This document shows, piece after piece, positions 9,017-17,689 of a stretch of DNA of 53,686 bases (position 1 is the stretch's first letter; each line of letters opens with the position of its first letter). The notes beneath the pieces are model-generated. The model saw only the letters and a list, made by a program, of their open reading frames with translations, had not been told where the DNA came from and did no database searches. The position numbers and the translations under genes were made by a program. The stretch is from a virus (taxonomy: Duplodnaviria; Caudoviricetes). The stretch covers positions 1-53,686 of the IMG/VR virus record IMGVR_UViG_3300023261_000002; one strand, given 5' to 3'.

Positions 9017-9105
9017 TGGACTTTGTGGGAGTCGAACCCGCTTCAACAGCTTTCGCCGTTTTACCTGCGTTGTACACCGCAGAAGCATTCCGAATGCAAA
9101 AGCCC
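9017..9105 (-). ncRNA. Non-canonical tRNA-like element B (G3:U70, A73; 8-nt loop with GUA; long variable arm)
   Basis: GGGCUUU/AAAGUCC-A acceptor; GCAUU-CGG-AAUGC; CUGCG-GUGUACAA-CGCAG; AACGGC-GAAA-GCUGUU; GCGGG-UUCGACU-CCCAC. Confidence 0.6.
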
Positions 9106-9112
9106 ATAGTTG

Positions 9113-9188
9113 GCAAAATGGCGAGTTTGTTTTACTAATGACTTCGTCAGAAGTGCACGGGATAAGATAAAAGGTTCTCGCCATTTGC
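9113..9188 (-). ncRNA. 5' stem-loop domain of the ncRNA transcript
   Basis: GCAAATGGCGAG...CTCGCCATTTTGC closing stem with an internal ACTTC-TGAC-GAAGT hairpin. Confidence 0.45.
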
Positions 9189-9192
9189 GGAT

Positions 9193-9201
9193 ATTGTAGC
9201 A
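9193..9201 (-). promoter_or_regulatory. Extended -10 promoter (TGCTACAAT) for the ncRNA cluster
   Basis: Lies about 5 nt upstream of the first hairpin. Confidence 0.55.
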
Positions 9202-9207
9202 TACAAC

Positions 9208-9867
9208 TCAGAATAATGCAGGTTGCTTTTCTTGTAAAACACTTTCAAAAAACCTACGCATATTAATCGCACTATCCACAGCTAAATCTATATCTGCGTG
9301 TTTCTTATCACGCAATTGCACCCAGCGCCCATACTTAAAAAACTTGCCCCGTGACGCTTCTCGCACAAAACCATTTGCATCCAAGCTAGACATTACCCCT
9401 TTAGCCCCGTTCACTTTGCGAATTAAATCAGCTTGACGCCTGGGAGAACCGCCTAATAAGTGGATTTTACGACCTGCAATCTGTTCTAATGGCGGTATAT
9501 ACCCTGCATAGGTTTTAGCAGGCACACTGATAGCGATAACAGATGAATCAGGTGCATCTAGGATAGCCGTCTCGTATTTTGGGCATACCAGAATTTCAGG
9601 CACGCCTAACGCCTGTAATTCCCCTACCCTATCCCAAATCTCTTGACGCTGATTAGGGCTTTCAAAGTCGGGTACAAGTGCCATCGTGGGCTGATAGCGC
9701 TTAATCTTTTCAATCACATCAGCCCAATTATAATTCTTCCAGCGCACATCTAGCATGTGAACGGGGGAATAAGCTGTATAGTCATGCCGCACACCATAGA
9801 GCCATCCTGCACGCTCGGCAATTATGGCGGCGTCTTCATTGCCCCCTCTCACAAGAATATACTTCAT
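9208..9867 (-). CDS. TGT/DpdA-like TIM-barrel protein (DUF6610-like)
   Basis: 'HMLD', 'ALVPD', 'KIHLLGGSP..Q', 'SSLDAN' parallel motifs of the guanine transglycosylase fold; family assignment from memory. Confidence 0.55.
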   Translation of the reverse strand: MKYILVRGGNEDAAIIAERAGWLYGVRHDYTAYSPVHMLDVRWKNYNWADVIEKIKRYQPTMALVPDFESPNQRQEIWDRVGELQALGVPEILVCPKYETAILDAPDSSVIAISVPAKTYAGYIPPLEQIAGRKIHLLGGSPRRQADLIRKVNGAKGVMSSLDANGFVREASRGKFFKYGRWVQLRDKKHADIDLAVDSAINMRRFFESVLQEKQPALF

Positions 9868-10268
9868 TTTGTTCTCTCATAAACATACAAGGCGCGGCCT
9901 GTGCTAGCGCTATCTTCAGCAACGCGTAACATGCCGTAGCGCTCATAGAAACGAATAGCGTTAGGGTTATCGCTTGTCACTTTCAAGCGAATGGGCAAAC
10001 AGAGACAATTGAGTAAAGCTTGGCCTATGCCCTTTTGCCGTTGGCTGCTATCGACTGCAATATGATAGACAACATTCATGCCATCTTTACGCTTGCGATA
10101 TTCCACAAAGCCTAGAATTGTGTCATTCTCTACGGCGATGTGTACTGAATACCTCTCAATGCGTTCTTTCAATGCACCCATGTACAAAGCCCCTAGCATC
10201 GCGCTTTCCTTGCGCCATAGCTTGGCAATTGCTTCCTTATCATCCAATGTCGCTAATTGGATATTCAT
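9864..10268 (-). CDS. GNAT N-acetyltransferase
   Basis: 'IAVDSSQRQKGIGQALL' acetyl-CoA motif A; 'NPNAIRFYERYGM'. Confidence 0.92.
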   Translation of the reverse strand: MNIQLATLDDKEAIAKLWRKESAMLGALYMGALKERIERYSVHIAVENDTILGFVEYRKRKDGMNVVYHIAVDSSQRQKGIGQALLNCLCLPIRLKVTSDNPNAIRFYERYGMLRVAEDSASTGRALYVYERTK

Positions 10269-10699
10269 TCTCCAAACTCCCAATTATCTTTTATCCACTC
10301 GCTAAAAGCGCTACTATCTTTGCCGTTCCACACCCATTCTTCAGGGGCTAAATCTTCGTCAATAGGCGCTAACTCTTTGGTATCTACCTCATTCTCGCTT
10401 TTGAGAACAACCGTGTTTAGCTCAGAATTATATTCTCCGAACAAATTCAGGTGTTCGCTTTCTACCCACTCTGTCGGTTCTTCAATCTTGAATGCGCTAT
10501 CCTCTTTCAATAGCTTAAAGAAGTGGGCGCGCTGACGGGCGATTATTGCGGCGCGTAAGCGGTGATTCTCATCTAGTTCCGATAGCTTGGCCTCTTGCGC
10601 TTCCTTGTGAGTGGTTAGCAGCATGTAGCCAACAAAACAAGTGAACGCGATAGGCATGGCAATGAGTAAGATTGCGAGAATTGTCTCAAGTGTTGTCAT
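10265..10699 (-). CDS. Hypothetical single-TM protein
   Basis: Hydrophobic N-terminus; overlaps its neighbours. Confidence 0.55.
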   Translation of the reverse strand: MTTLETILAILLIAMPIAFTCFVGYMLLTTHKEAQEAKLSELDENHRLRAAIIARQRAHFFKLLKEDSAFKIEEPTEWVESEHLNLFGEYNSELNTVVLKSENEVDTKELAPIDEDLAPEEWVWNGKDSSAFSEWIKDNWEFGE

Positions 10700-11261
10700 G
10701 GTTAGCCTCTCCTGATACTTCAATTGGATTAAATCGTTTCAGTGATTCCATTTCAAAATCCGATAAATCAAACCACTCTCCCCTTACTCTTTTATTGGCA
10801 AGATAACCGTGAAGAAAACGCTCCAACTCAGCATCATTGTGATACTCAATAATATGCACAAGCCTAGTCGCAAACGGCAACTTTACGCCAAAATCGCGTA
10901 AACGATGGTAGGGGTTTGTTGAGCGCCCTATTTTTACATAGCCTGTAACGTCTATATCTTGAAGAAAATAAACGCAAGGCTTGTTAATCATGTGGATTGC
11001 AAGCGCTTTTTCGCTCGGTGTGTATTTAATTAGCTTTCTGCCAATTGGTATGTCCAAAAACATACCCCGATTCCATGCAAAAAGTACGGATAAAAAGCTG
11101 TATTGTACGCAACCTTGGATAATAGCGCCTGTTAAATCCCCTGCGAAAATCGCGAGAAATAACGCAACGCCTAGGAAAAATATCCCGATTGAAAGCGCAA
11201 CGATTACTACATTGTGCAGCCATATTGGGGCTAACAAAATCTTGCCACTCAAATTACTCAT
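10686..11261 (-). CDS. Two-TM protein fused to a GIY-YIG (T5orf172-like) nuclease domain
   Basis: 'CVYFLQ..GYVKIGRSTNPYHRL..LERFLHGYLANKRVRGEWF'. Confidence 0.8.
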   Translation of the reverse strand: MSNLSGKILLAPIWLHNVVIVALSIGIFFLGVALFLAIFAGDLTGAIIQGCVQYSFLSVLFAWNRGMFLDIPIGRKLIKYTPSEKALAIHMINKPCVYFLQDIDVTGYVKIGRSTNPYHRLRDFGVKLPFATRLVHIIEYHNDAELERFLHGYLANKRVRGEWFDLSDFEMESLKRFNPIEVSGEANHDNT

Positions 11262-11395
11262 CGTGTTTTTACCTTTTTCTGCTATACTAGATAGCAATAG
11301 AACCTTACTTGGTAGTGGGTTCGCATTCTTGCCCCTAGTTCACATTAGGGGCTTTCTCTTTATTGAGAACTCCCCTAATTATAGCAGAAAACACC

Positions 11396-11650
11396 CTACT
11401 TGACTACCTTTTTAAGCACTTTCCACTGTGCTGCTTTGGGCGCATATTCACGCATTCCCTTTAGGATAGCGTTTAAGTCGGTGCTCACAATCTCATCACG
11501 ACCACGCTTGCTATCGGTTGTCATCTTGAAGGATGTTTTCCCGTTAATCTCATAAGCGCGTACAACGGACTCACTGTAATCGTAGCGGCCTACCGTTCCC
11601 TTTGTCGCTTTCAATAAGCGCCCCTCGAATAGCTTTTCAATCTTCTTCAT
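11396..11650 (-). CDS. Hypothetical protein
   Basis: GGGAG RBS; ATGA overlap with the upstream gene. Confidence 0.6.
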   Translation of the reverse strand: MKKIEKLFEGRLLKATKGTVGRYDYSESVVRAYEINGKTSFKMTTDSKRGRDEIVSTDLNAILKGMREYAPKAAQWKVLKKVVK

Positions 11651-11952
11651 AGCTTTAACTCCCTTTCAATATTGTTCAACTGTTTGTCAATTTCATTCAA
11701 AATCTTAATTGCAAACTCATCACCCTTTTGGGCGGCCTCTCGTAATGTGATAAGCCCTGCAAAAACTTGAAGCTGTGCATATTCAACTGTTTGGGCATCG
11801 CTTCTTTTATTCCGCCGCATTTTCAGAATGCCCCTATTTTCTTTACGCTTTTCGTGCTGCCAATACGCTACACGGCACGTATCCCCACAGAACTCTATTC
11901 GCTTCGTGCCAGTGATGGGCTTTCCACATTTTTTGCATAGTTTCTTAATCAT
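11647..11952 (-). CDS. Zinc-finger DNA-binding protein (CxxC..FC..C, CGNR-like)
   Basis: 'CKKCGKPITGTKRIEFCGDTCRVAYWQ'; GAGG RBS before ATG 11952. Confidence 0.6.
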   Translation of the reverse strand: MIKKLCKKCGKPITGTKRIEFCGDTCRVAYWQHEKRKENRGILKMRRNKRSDAQTVEYAQLQVFAGLITLREAAQKGDEFAIKILNEIDKQLNNIERELKL

Positions 11953-11970
11953 GATATTTGGCCTCATATC

Positions 11971-11998
11971 GTTAACGCAATTACGTAATTGCGTTAAC
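11971..11998. promoter_or_regulatory. Perfect 28-bp palindrome, putative operator
   Basis: GTTAACGCAATTAC|GTAATTGCGTTAAC. Confidence 0.65.
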
Positions 11999-12017
11999 AT
12001 CGTTCTCATTCCTTTCT

Positions 12018-12043
12018 AAGCGCCTTCGCTTGGAGGCGCTTTC
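12018..12043. terminator. Terminator hairpin
   Basis: AAGCGCCTTC-GCTT-GGAGGCGCTTTT. Confidence 0.6.
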
Positions 12044-12055
12044 TGTTGTGTGTGG

Positions 12056-12394
12056 TTAGCCTAGCGGTGTCCAAAGTGTCTTGAGATATTCAAAGCGCTG
12101 CTGCAACCAGAGGCGAATCGCACTTTCATCACGCTCTCGCACTCTCACCGTTTGAGTAGAAACATACCCCTTGCGCTGGTGGATATAATTCAGTCTGATA
12201 AGCCTCTCGCCTTCAAACAATTGCCACTCTTCCTGATAATCCTCATTATCGAGAAAATCAAAGCGAAATAGCAGGTTCATATCGGCATCGGCATCGTCCC
12301 ACTCATCAATAAAATCTTGCCATGACTGGAAATCATCCCCTGATTCACTGCAATGATACGGGTGTTTCGTTTCCCAAAGTTTTTGTGTACTCAT
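12056..12394 (-). CDS. Hypothetical phage protein
   Basis: AAGGA RBS; 'LWETKHPYHC..DMNLLFRFD'. Confidence 0.65.
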   Translation of the reverse strand: MSTQKLWETKHPYHCSESGDDFQSWQDFIDEWDDADADMNLLFRFDFLDNEDYQEEWQLFEGERLIRLNYIHQRKGYVSTQTVRVRERDESAIRLWLQQRFEYLKTLWTPLG

Positions 12395-12468
12395 TTTTAA
12401 TTCCTTTTTTCTCATTCATTCGTTTGTGGTATGGCGCGGATTCGCTTATCCCTATGCTTGCAAGGCTT

Positions 12469-13047
12469 TCATTCGGCACTCTCGCTATCTTTGGTGTAGG
12501 GGGCTAGCCCATCGGCATAATGCCAATAGCTATACGTACCGCCCAATGAAACAAGATATTCATTATCATTCACTTGAATAACCTTGCCATTAGGGCTAGA
12601 TGGGTGCGAGATAATCCTAACTCTATCCCCAACCTTGAAGCGTGGGCTTTCAGGCGCTGTGTCTACAACGCTTTGCGGCGTGGCGCTTTCAACAGCCTTA
12701 TGCAATTCCTGATATATCGCCTCAATCTGAGTAGGGTAGTCTAACCCCGTTTCTGTCCCTGTTAATTCAATGGCATCGTGAATAAATTCTAGCAGGCGTT
12801 CTGCTAAATTCTCATTCTTCCGCCACGCCGCGATTGTCTCACTCTGTGCCTGTAACGCCGCTTGCATATCGGCTAGCGCTTCGTTTTGGCTGGCGATAGT
12901 TGCGAGTAGGGGGGCAGTCTCAATTCGCAACCAATTGCCTATATCTACCATGTGCGCTTGTTCGCCATATGTTAGTACCTCACCATCTGGGGAAAGCAAG
13001 ACAACTACCCCATTTTGCATTTCTGCCCGATAGGTATTTTCACTCAC
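12469..13047 (-). CDS. Hypothetical coiled-coil protein with C-terminal SH3/KOW-like domain
   Basis: 'RFKVGDRVRI..GKVIQV'; GGAGGA RBS. Confidence 0.6.
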   Translation of the reverse strand: MSENTYRAEMQNGVVVLLSPDGEVLTYGEQAHMVDIGNWLRIETAPLLATIASQNEALADMQAALQAQSETIAAWRKNENLAERLLEFIHDAIELTGTETGLDYPTQIEAIYQELHKAVESATPQSVVDTAPESPRFKVGDRVRIISHPSSPNGKVIQVNDNEYLVSLGGTYSYWHYADGLAPYTKDSESAE

Positions 13048-13127
13048 TGTCTAATCCTCCAATATAGCTTCGCTGAATAAATTATATGGGCTTAGGCCAA
13101 TCCCAAGCCCGTTCGTTTCGCTTTTAC

Positions 13128-14186
13128 TTAATCAAGGACGTAGAAACCCACGTAGTTCTTCCATTGCGTTTCATTGCCATGTTCATCCTTGCCAAGCTTG
13201 CCTGCTTTGAGCGCGATATGCGTAGCAGGCACTTCAAAGACTTGCCCTTCGGTGATGGTATGCGTCTCTAGCCCCATGTGCTTGATGATTTTCTGCCAAT
13301 CGCTTTCAATGAGCTTGCCCTCGTACTGCGTAGCATCCTTAACACGGATACGGATAGAAGATTGTGGAACGGGGATTTCCATAAAGAAGCCCTTGCTATC
13401 CCCACGATAGGCAATCTTGCCCATGATAGGGTAGGCGATTAAATCTTTATCTTGAAATTGCGGATTCATTGCATGGTAGGGCGCTTTTGGCACAATCGCC
13501 ATTTCAAAGCTTTCTTTGCCCTTAGCACCTTTTTGAAGCTTGATTGTGTCGGGCAAACTGCCAGCTTTTGCAGGGCGTACATAGGCGCGTAAGGCTTGCG
13601 TCGCTTGCATCCCTGTATTGTCATAGTCGCTTGCTTTTGTCGCTTGGGTATCAGGTTCTAACCACTCATCCATATTGTTAATATCTTTAGCGCTTTTGGC
13701 AGGATTTGGGGCGTTTTTGGGCGATTGAGAAGCAGGCGCATATTCAAGCTTATCAATGCCAAAACGGGCGGCGTGTTCTTTAATCTTATCTAAGCCCTGT
13801 AGCATCGAATAAGCGGTAAAAAGCGCTGTTGTGCCATCGTCCCATGAATGGACTGTTACACCTAAGCCCTTCGTATTCCATTCCTTATTCCAAACCGTGA
13901 CGAATGGTTCTGTTTCCTCAATACCTACGCCTTGCTTGGCTTGCGCGCTAGGCCAAGCCTTATCGCCAAATGGGGCAATCTCGAAACTGCCATTGCTAAC
14001 TGCCTCAATAACCCGTTGCCATGTGGCAATAGTATGCGCTGTCATGCCTGCTAGCTGCTCAGGGCTAACCGCTTGGTTATTGTCAGCAAAACGCGCATAG
14101 CTACCCATGCGAACCGTTACCGACAATTCGTAACGCACGCCTAGAACAGTGGCGAATACGGTATATGTACTTGCTGCTAAGTTCAT
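13128..14186 (-). CDS. Hypothetical protein (possibly recombination/ssDNA-binding)
   Basis: 352 aa, divergent from the HTH gene; no recognisable motif. Confidence 0.6.
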   Translation of the reverse strand: MNLAASTYTVFATVLGVRYELSVTVRMGSYARFADNNQAVSPEQLAGMTAHTIATWQRVIEAVSNGSFEIAPFGDKAWPSAQAKQGVGIEETEPFVTVWNKEWNTKGLGVTVHSWDDGTTALFTAYSMLQGLDKIKEHAARFGIDKLEYAPASQSPKNAPNPAKSAKDINNMDEWLEPDTQATKASDYDNTGMQATQALRAYVRPAKAGSLPDTIKLQKGAKGKESFEMAIVPKAPYHAMNPQFQDKDLIAYPIMGKIAYRGDSKGFFMEIPVPQSSIRIRVKDATQYEGKLIESDWQKIIKHMGLETHTITEGQVFEVPATHIALKAGKLGKDEHGNETQWKNYVGFYVLD

Positions 14187-14278
14187 TCTCTTTGCCTTCC
14201 TTGATACTTGCTTTTCTACTTTAGTAGTGTATCATGAAAGGGAATTAATTGCAATATAGGGAAAATGAAAGAGGCGAT

Positions 14279-14527
14279 ATGAACGGAAGCGAATTAAGAC
14301 AATGGCGGCGCAATGCAGACTTGACGCTGACTGACTTGGAAGGGATAACGGGCGTATCAAAATCGACTATCTCCCGTTTCGAGAAAGGCGGGAATATCAC
14401 AGCGACAAGCTACTGTAAGCTATCCGATGCTATGACGAATGTAGGGGGGAAAGCGCCCAGTAGCAAGACGCGCAAAATCAAGTATCACCTAAAGCAGATT
14501 GAAGTGCTTATTGAGAGCGAGGAATAA
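14279..14527 (+). CDS. XRE/Cro-type HTH regulator
   Basis: 'LRQWRRNADLTLTDLEGITGVSKSTISRFEKG'. Confidence 0.9.
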   Translation: MNGSELRQWRRNADLTLTDLEGITGVSKSTISRFEKGGNITATSYCKLSDAMTNVGGKAPSSKTRKIKYHLKQIEVLIESEE

Positions 14528-14529
14528 CC

Positions 14530-14907
14530 ATGCTAGATAAAACATTTGACTCTGTACCCGACTGCCTAGTATGGCAGGGCGAAATAGTCTACTTGGTGGA
14601 TATTGTGCATCAAGATAGCATCCAAGAGGGCTTAGTCCGTTACGATTTTGCCACGCGCCTATCCGATGGCACGATTGAAGCGATACGCCTACGCCAATGG
14701 CAGTTTCCGAACAATCCCCTTATTGATTGGCAGCGCTTGGAGGATGAGAACCGCGCCGCGCCTGCTGAGGGACTAGCCAAGTATGCGCCCAAACAGAAGC
14801 GCGCTACTGGCATTGAAAAGCGCCGTATCTTGGAACGCCTTATGAAAAGCGATGATAAGTATAAGTCCTTCCTTGATTGGTTGGAGAAAGAGGGAAGCAA
14901 TGACTAA
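14530..14907 (+). CDS. Hypothetical protein
   Basis: GAGGA RBS; within operon. Confidence 0.6.
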   Translation: MLDKTFDSVPDCLVWQGEIVYLVDIVHQDSIQEGLVRYDFATRLSDGTIEAIRLRQWQFPNNPLIDWQRLEDENRAAPAEGLAKYAPKQKRATGIEKRRILERLMKSDDKYKSFLDWLEKEGSND

Positions 14908-15127
14908 CACACGCCCCAACGCCAAAAAGCCTAAGCCAACAAAGGAACAAGCCTTAACTATCCGCAAGCCGCAAGAAGCAGCAAAGCCTATCTATATCGA
15001 AACACGCCGCATGGTATCACTCAGCAAAGCCGAACATGAGGCGCTTATTGCCGCAGAGAAAGAACAGGCGCGCGAATGGAATGATAGCGCTTCTAGCTTC
15101 TTTAGCAAGTTAATCGACAAGGAATGA
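14900..15127 (+). CDS. Hypothetical protein
   Basis: GAGGGA RBS before ATG 14900. Confidence 0.55.
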   Translation: MTNTRPNAKKPKPTKEQALTIRKPQEAAKPIYIETRRMVSLSKAEHEALIAAEKEQAREWNDSASSFFSKLIDKE

Positions 15128-15163
15128 GAGAATAGGCGCTGTGAATTGCAGCGCCTGAGGAGA

Positions 15164-15451
15164 ATGAGTATGTTTGAAGTGAATAAAGAGAAATGCAAAA
15201 CTTGTATCTTTGGGGCAAATTCCCCTATATCTAAGGCGCGCTTTGCACAGTTGAAACGTAGCTGGGCGAAAGATGATTGTCATCAGGTTTGCCACGCGTC
15301 AACGCATAATAACGGGAGTGTTGTTTGTCGTGGGTATTATGATGCTGCCATGCGTGGAGCTATCGACATGGGGCAATTGATGCGAATTGCAGGGCGCTTG
15401 AACGCGATTATCTTTGTTGACGTGCCCGACTTGAAAAAAGGGGATGAATAA
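15164..15451 (+). CDS. Cys/His-rich hypothetical protein
   Basis: 'CKTCIF..CH..VCRG' probable Zn site; GAGGAG RBS. Confidence 0.6.
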   Translation: MSMFEVNKEKCKTCIFGANSPISKARFAQLKRSWAKDDCHQVCHASTHNNGSVVCRGYYDAAMRGAIDMGQLMRIAGRLNAIIFVDVPDLKKGDE

Positions 15452-16037
15452 CATGGCAATTCACACATCACAAATCTATGCATGGTATCACAGCCTGCTA
15501 CGCCATATCGCAAGTTATGACGCGATTAGCTACGATAGCAATTACTTGTTCGGTAGCAATGGCGTATCACTGTACCAAGTAGCCCGTAGCGCCATTGTGC
15601 TTAAAGATTGGAAAGCGGCGCATGACGAGGCGTGGAATACAGAAGATAGCCTAGATTGGCACGATAAGGAAAAGAAGTTATTGGCCTGTGGTAATACGCT
15701 TGTATGTCTAGCGCCCAAGCTTTCTAGCCTCTATGCCATCGTGGGCGATGCTGTGCAATCTCACAAAGTTGGTGATGATACAGTCTTTCGTAGCACGCAA
15801 GCCTCTAAGTCATGGGTACTCGAAAGATTAAGCGGCTACAGCGTAGAGTTCTTTGGCGCTACCTTCAACTCACAGCGTATCAAAAACGCCCTAGAATGCC
15901 CGTTTTTGGCGCGTGCTGCTACTTTGCACCTATCGCTACTCAATAACGGTTGCTTGCGCCTGACTACGCCAATGAAGCCGAAAGCCTATGCTTTCATTAT
16001 GTGTATGCACGTTCCTGAAAAGAGAGATGAATCATGA
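15444..16037 (+). CDS. Hypothetical protein
   Basis: Overlapping operon gene. Confidence 0.55.
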   Translation: MNNMAIHTSQIYAWYHSLLRHIASYDAISYDSNYLFGSNGVSLYQVARSAIVLKDWKAAHDEAWNTEDSLDWHDKEKKLLACGNTLVCLAPKLSSLYAIVGDAVQSHKVGDDTVFRSTQASKSWVLERLSGYSVEFFGATFNSQRIKNALECPFLARAATLHLSLLNNGCLRLTTPMKPKAYAFIMCMHVPEKRDES

Positions 16038-16249
16038 CAGTTTTGGTGCGGTATCTTGCAAAAAGCGGAAACGCTAAATGGGCGTATGTGGAGCATCGTG
16101 ATGGAAGGTATTCCGATGGCACGAAAGAAACCGCCTTTCAAAGTGCGATTAAGCGCTTGCGACTTTATCCAGAAGAATACCAAGCATGGGCAATTATCCG
16201 ACTTTCTGATATGCGTATTCTTGCACAATCGAAGGGTTACACACCATGA
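16034..16249 (+). CDS. Hypothetical protein
   Basis: ATGA overlap with the upstream gene. Confidence 0.5.
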   Translation: MTVLVRYLAKSGNAKWAYVEHRDGRYSDGTKETAFQSAIKRLRLYPEEYQAWAIIRLSDMRILAQSKGYTP

Positions 16250-16546
16250 CGGGCGCGAAACAGTTGGGCATGTTCGGAGAGGAATAGTCCAAATTTTGGA
16301 CTGCCATATTGCAGAGATTCGCAATTGGCGCTATGATATAGAAGTAACACATTGGCGCTGAGTAGTCCGTGACGAAAGGCGCTTTACAAAGCGAAAACCC
16401 TTAGCTGTAAACTAAGGGTTAGGTATCAAATCAGGTTCACACGCCGCCAGCGTAGCCCGTTTGCTTTCTCTAATATAGCAGATAAGCACGAAATTCACAA
16501 GCGGTATAGGCACAAGTTAGGAAAATCGACTGATAGAGGAATAAGT

Positions 16547-16741
16547 ATGGACAGCATCAACTTAGATAGCCTTAGCTTAGACGAAAAATTACTGCTACTC
16601 GAAATTCTCTCAGAGAAAATCTTGGAAGCATTGCCAGAAAGCAGCATCGCAGCACAGACGGTTTTTCACGCACGGTATCTCAATGGGAAGCGGCCTAAAC
16701 AAAAGATTGTTCGCAATATTGACAAGATGGGGCGGCGCTAA
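16547..16741 (+). CDS. Hypothetical protein
   Basis: GAGGA RBS; TAATG coupling to the methyltransferase gene. Confidence 0.55.
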   Translation: MDSINLDSLSLDEKLLLLEILSEKILEALPESSIAAQTVFHARYLNGKRPKQKIVRNIDKMGRR

Positions 16742-17451
16742 TGAAACCGAGACTTTTGGATGCTTTTTGCGGCGCTGGGGGTTGTTCGGTAGGATATGCA
16801 CGCGCTGGATTTGATGTTTGCTTGGGAGTGGATATTAACCCAATGCCCCGGTATCCATTCGATTTTTTGCAATATAGCGCCTTAGACTATCTTGAAAAGC
16901 ATGGGCATGAATATGATTTCATTCAAGCTAGCCCACCATGCCAAGCCTATTCCGCTGCTAGCAATGTCGCAAAATCGAATGGCAATGAGTATGCAACATT
17001 CTTGCCACAAACACGCGCATTGTTACAAAGCTTAGGCATTCCCTACATTATTGAAAATGTTGTAGGTGCGCCACTTCAAAGCCCTGTGATGCTTTGCGGT
17101 ACAATGTTCGGATTGAATGTGATTCGCCATCGGCTTTTTGAAACAAGTTTCGACTTTGCCCCTAGCAGTATGCCAATCTGCCATCACACTAAAAAGGTAG
17201 TCGCACAAGGTTACGCGCCCAAAGAGAATGAATATCATTGTGTGACCGGGCATTTCTCTGATGTTGCCGCAGCAAAGCAAGCAATGGCAATTGATTGGAT
17301 GACTAGTAAAGAATTAGCGCAAGCTATCCCACCACAATACACCCAATTTTTAGGGGCTGAGTGGCTACGGACACAGGGCTTTGATTATCAATTCCCCAAC
17401 ATCTTAAGCTATCAGCAAAAGACATTGTTTTCGGCGGTGCAAAATGACTAG
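16741..17451 (+). CDS. DNA cytosine-C5 methyltransferase-like protein (short phage type)
   Basis: Motif I 'LDAFCGAGG', IV 'ASPPCQ', VI 'IENV', VIII 'RHRLF', X 'QAIPP'. Confidence 0.85.
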   Translation: MKPRLLDAFCGAGGCSVGYARAGFDVCLGVDINPMPRYPFDFLQYSALDYLEKHGHEYDFIQASPPCQAYSAASNVAKSNGNEYATFLPQTRALLQSLGIPYIIENVVGAPLQSPVMLCGTMFGLNVIRHRLFETSFDFAPSSMPICHHTKKVVAQGYAPKENEYHCVTGHFSDVAAAKQAMAIDWMTSKELAQAIPPQYTQFLGAEWLRTQGFDYQFPNILSYQQKTLFSAVQND

Positions 17452-17689
17452 CCCCCGTCAAATCTTAAAAGCACGCGGCATATACAGCGAAGCGCTTAAA
17501 GCAGGGCATAAAAATTGTTTTTCGTGGTATAATGAAAGGGTAGCATAAATTGAAAAGCGCCTTTACGGGGCGCTTACGTTTGCCAGCTTGAGCAGCGATG
17601 GCTTTATGTATTCTAGTATAGCACATTTTGTCCCAAGCACAAATACAATAGGTAGAATGTAGGAAAACAGATTATAAAGGAATAGGAAC

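Noticed and set aside
9017-9105. Element B as a true tmRNA or tRNA-Sec
   Set aside because: Too short and no tag reading frame for tmRNA; no UCA anticodon or 8-bp acceptor for tRNA-Sec
9139-9155. CTGACGA on the minus strand as a hammerhead core
   Set aside because: No stem II-GAAA follows; the motif lies in a simple hairpin
9002-9202. 66-aa ORF over the ncRNA cluster
   Set aside because: Its ATG is part of the promoter -10, it has no RBS, and the region is explained by structured RNA
16358-16377. Hammerhead-like CTGAGTA-GTC-CGT-GAC-GAAA
   Set aside because: The core has U at conserved G8, and I could not build convincing stems I and III with an NUH site
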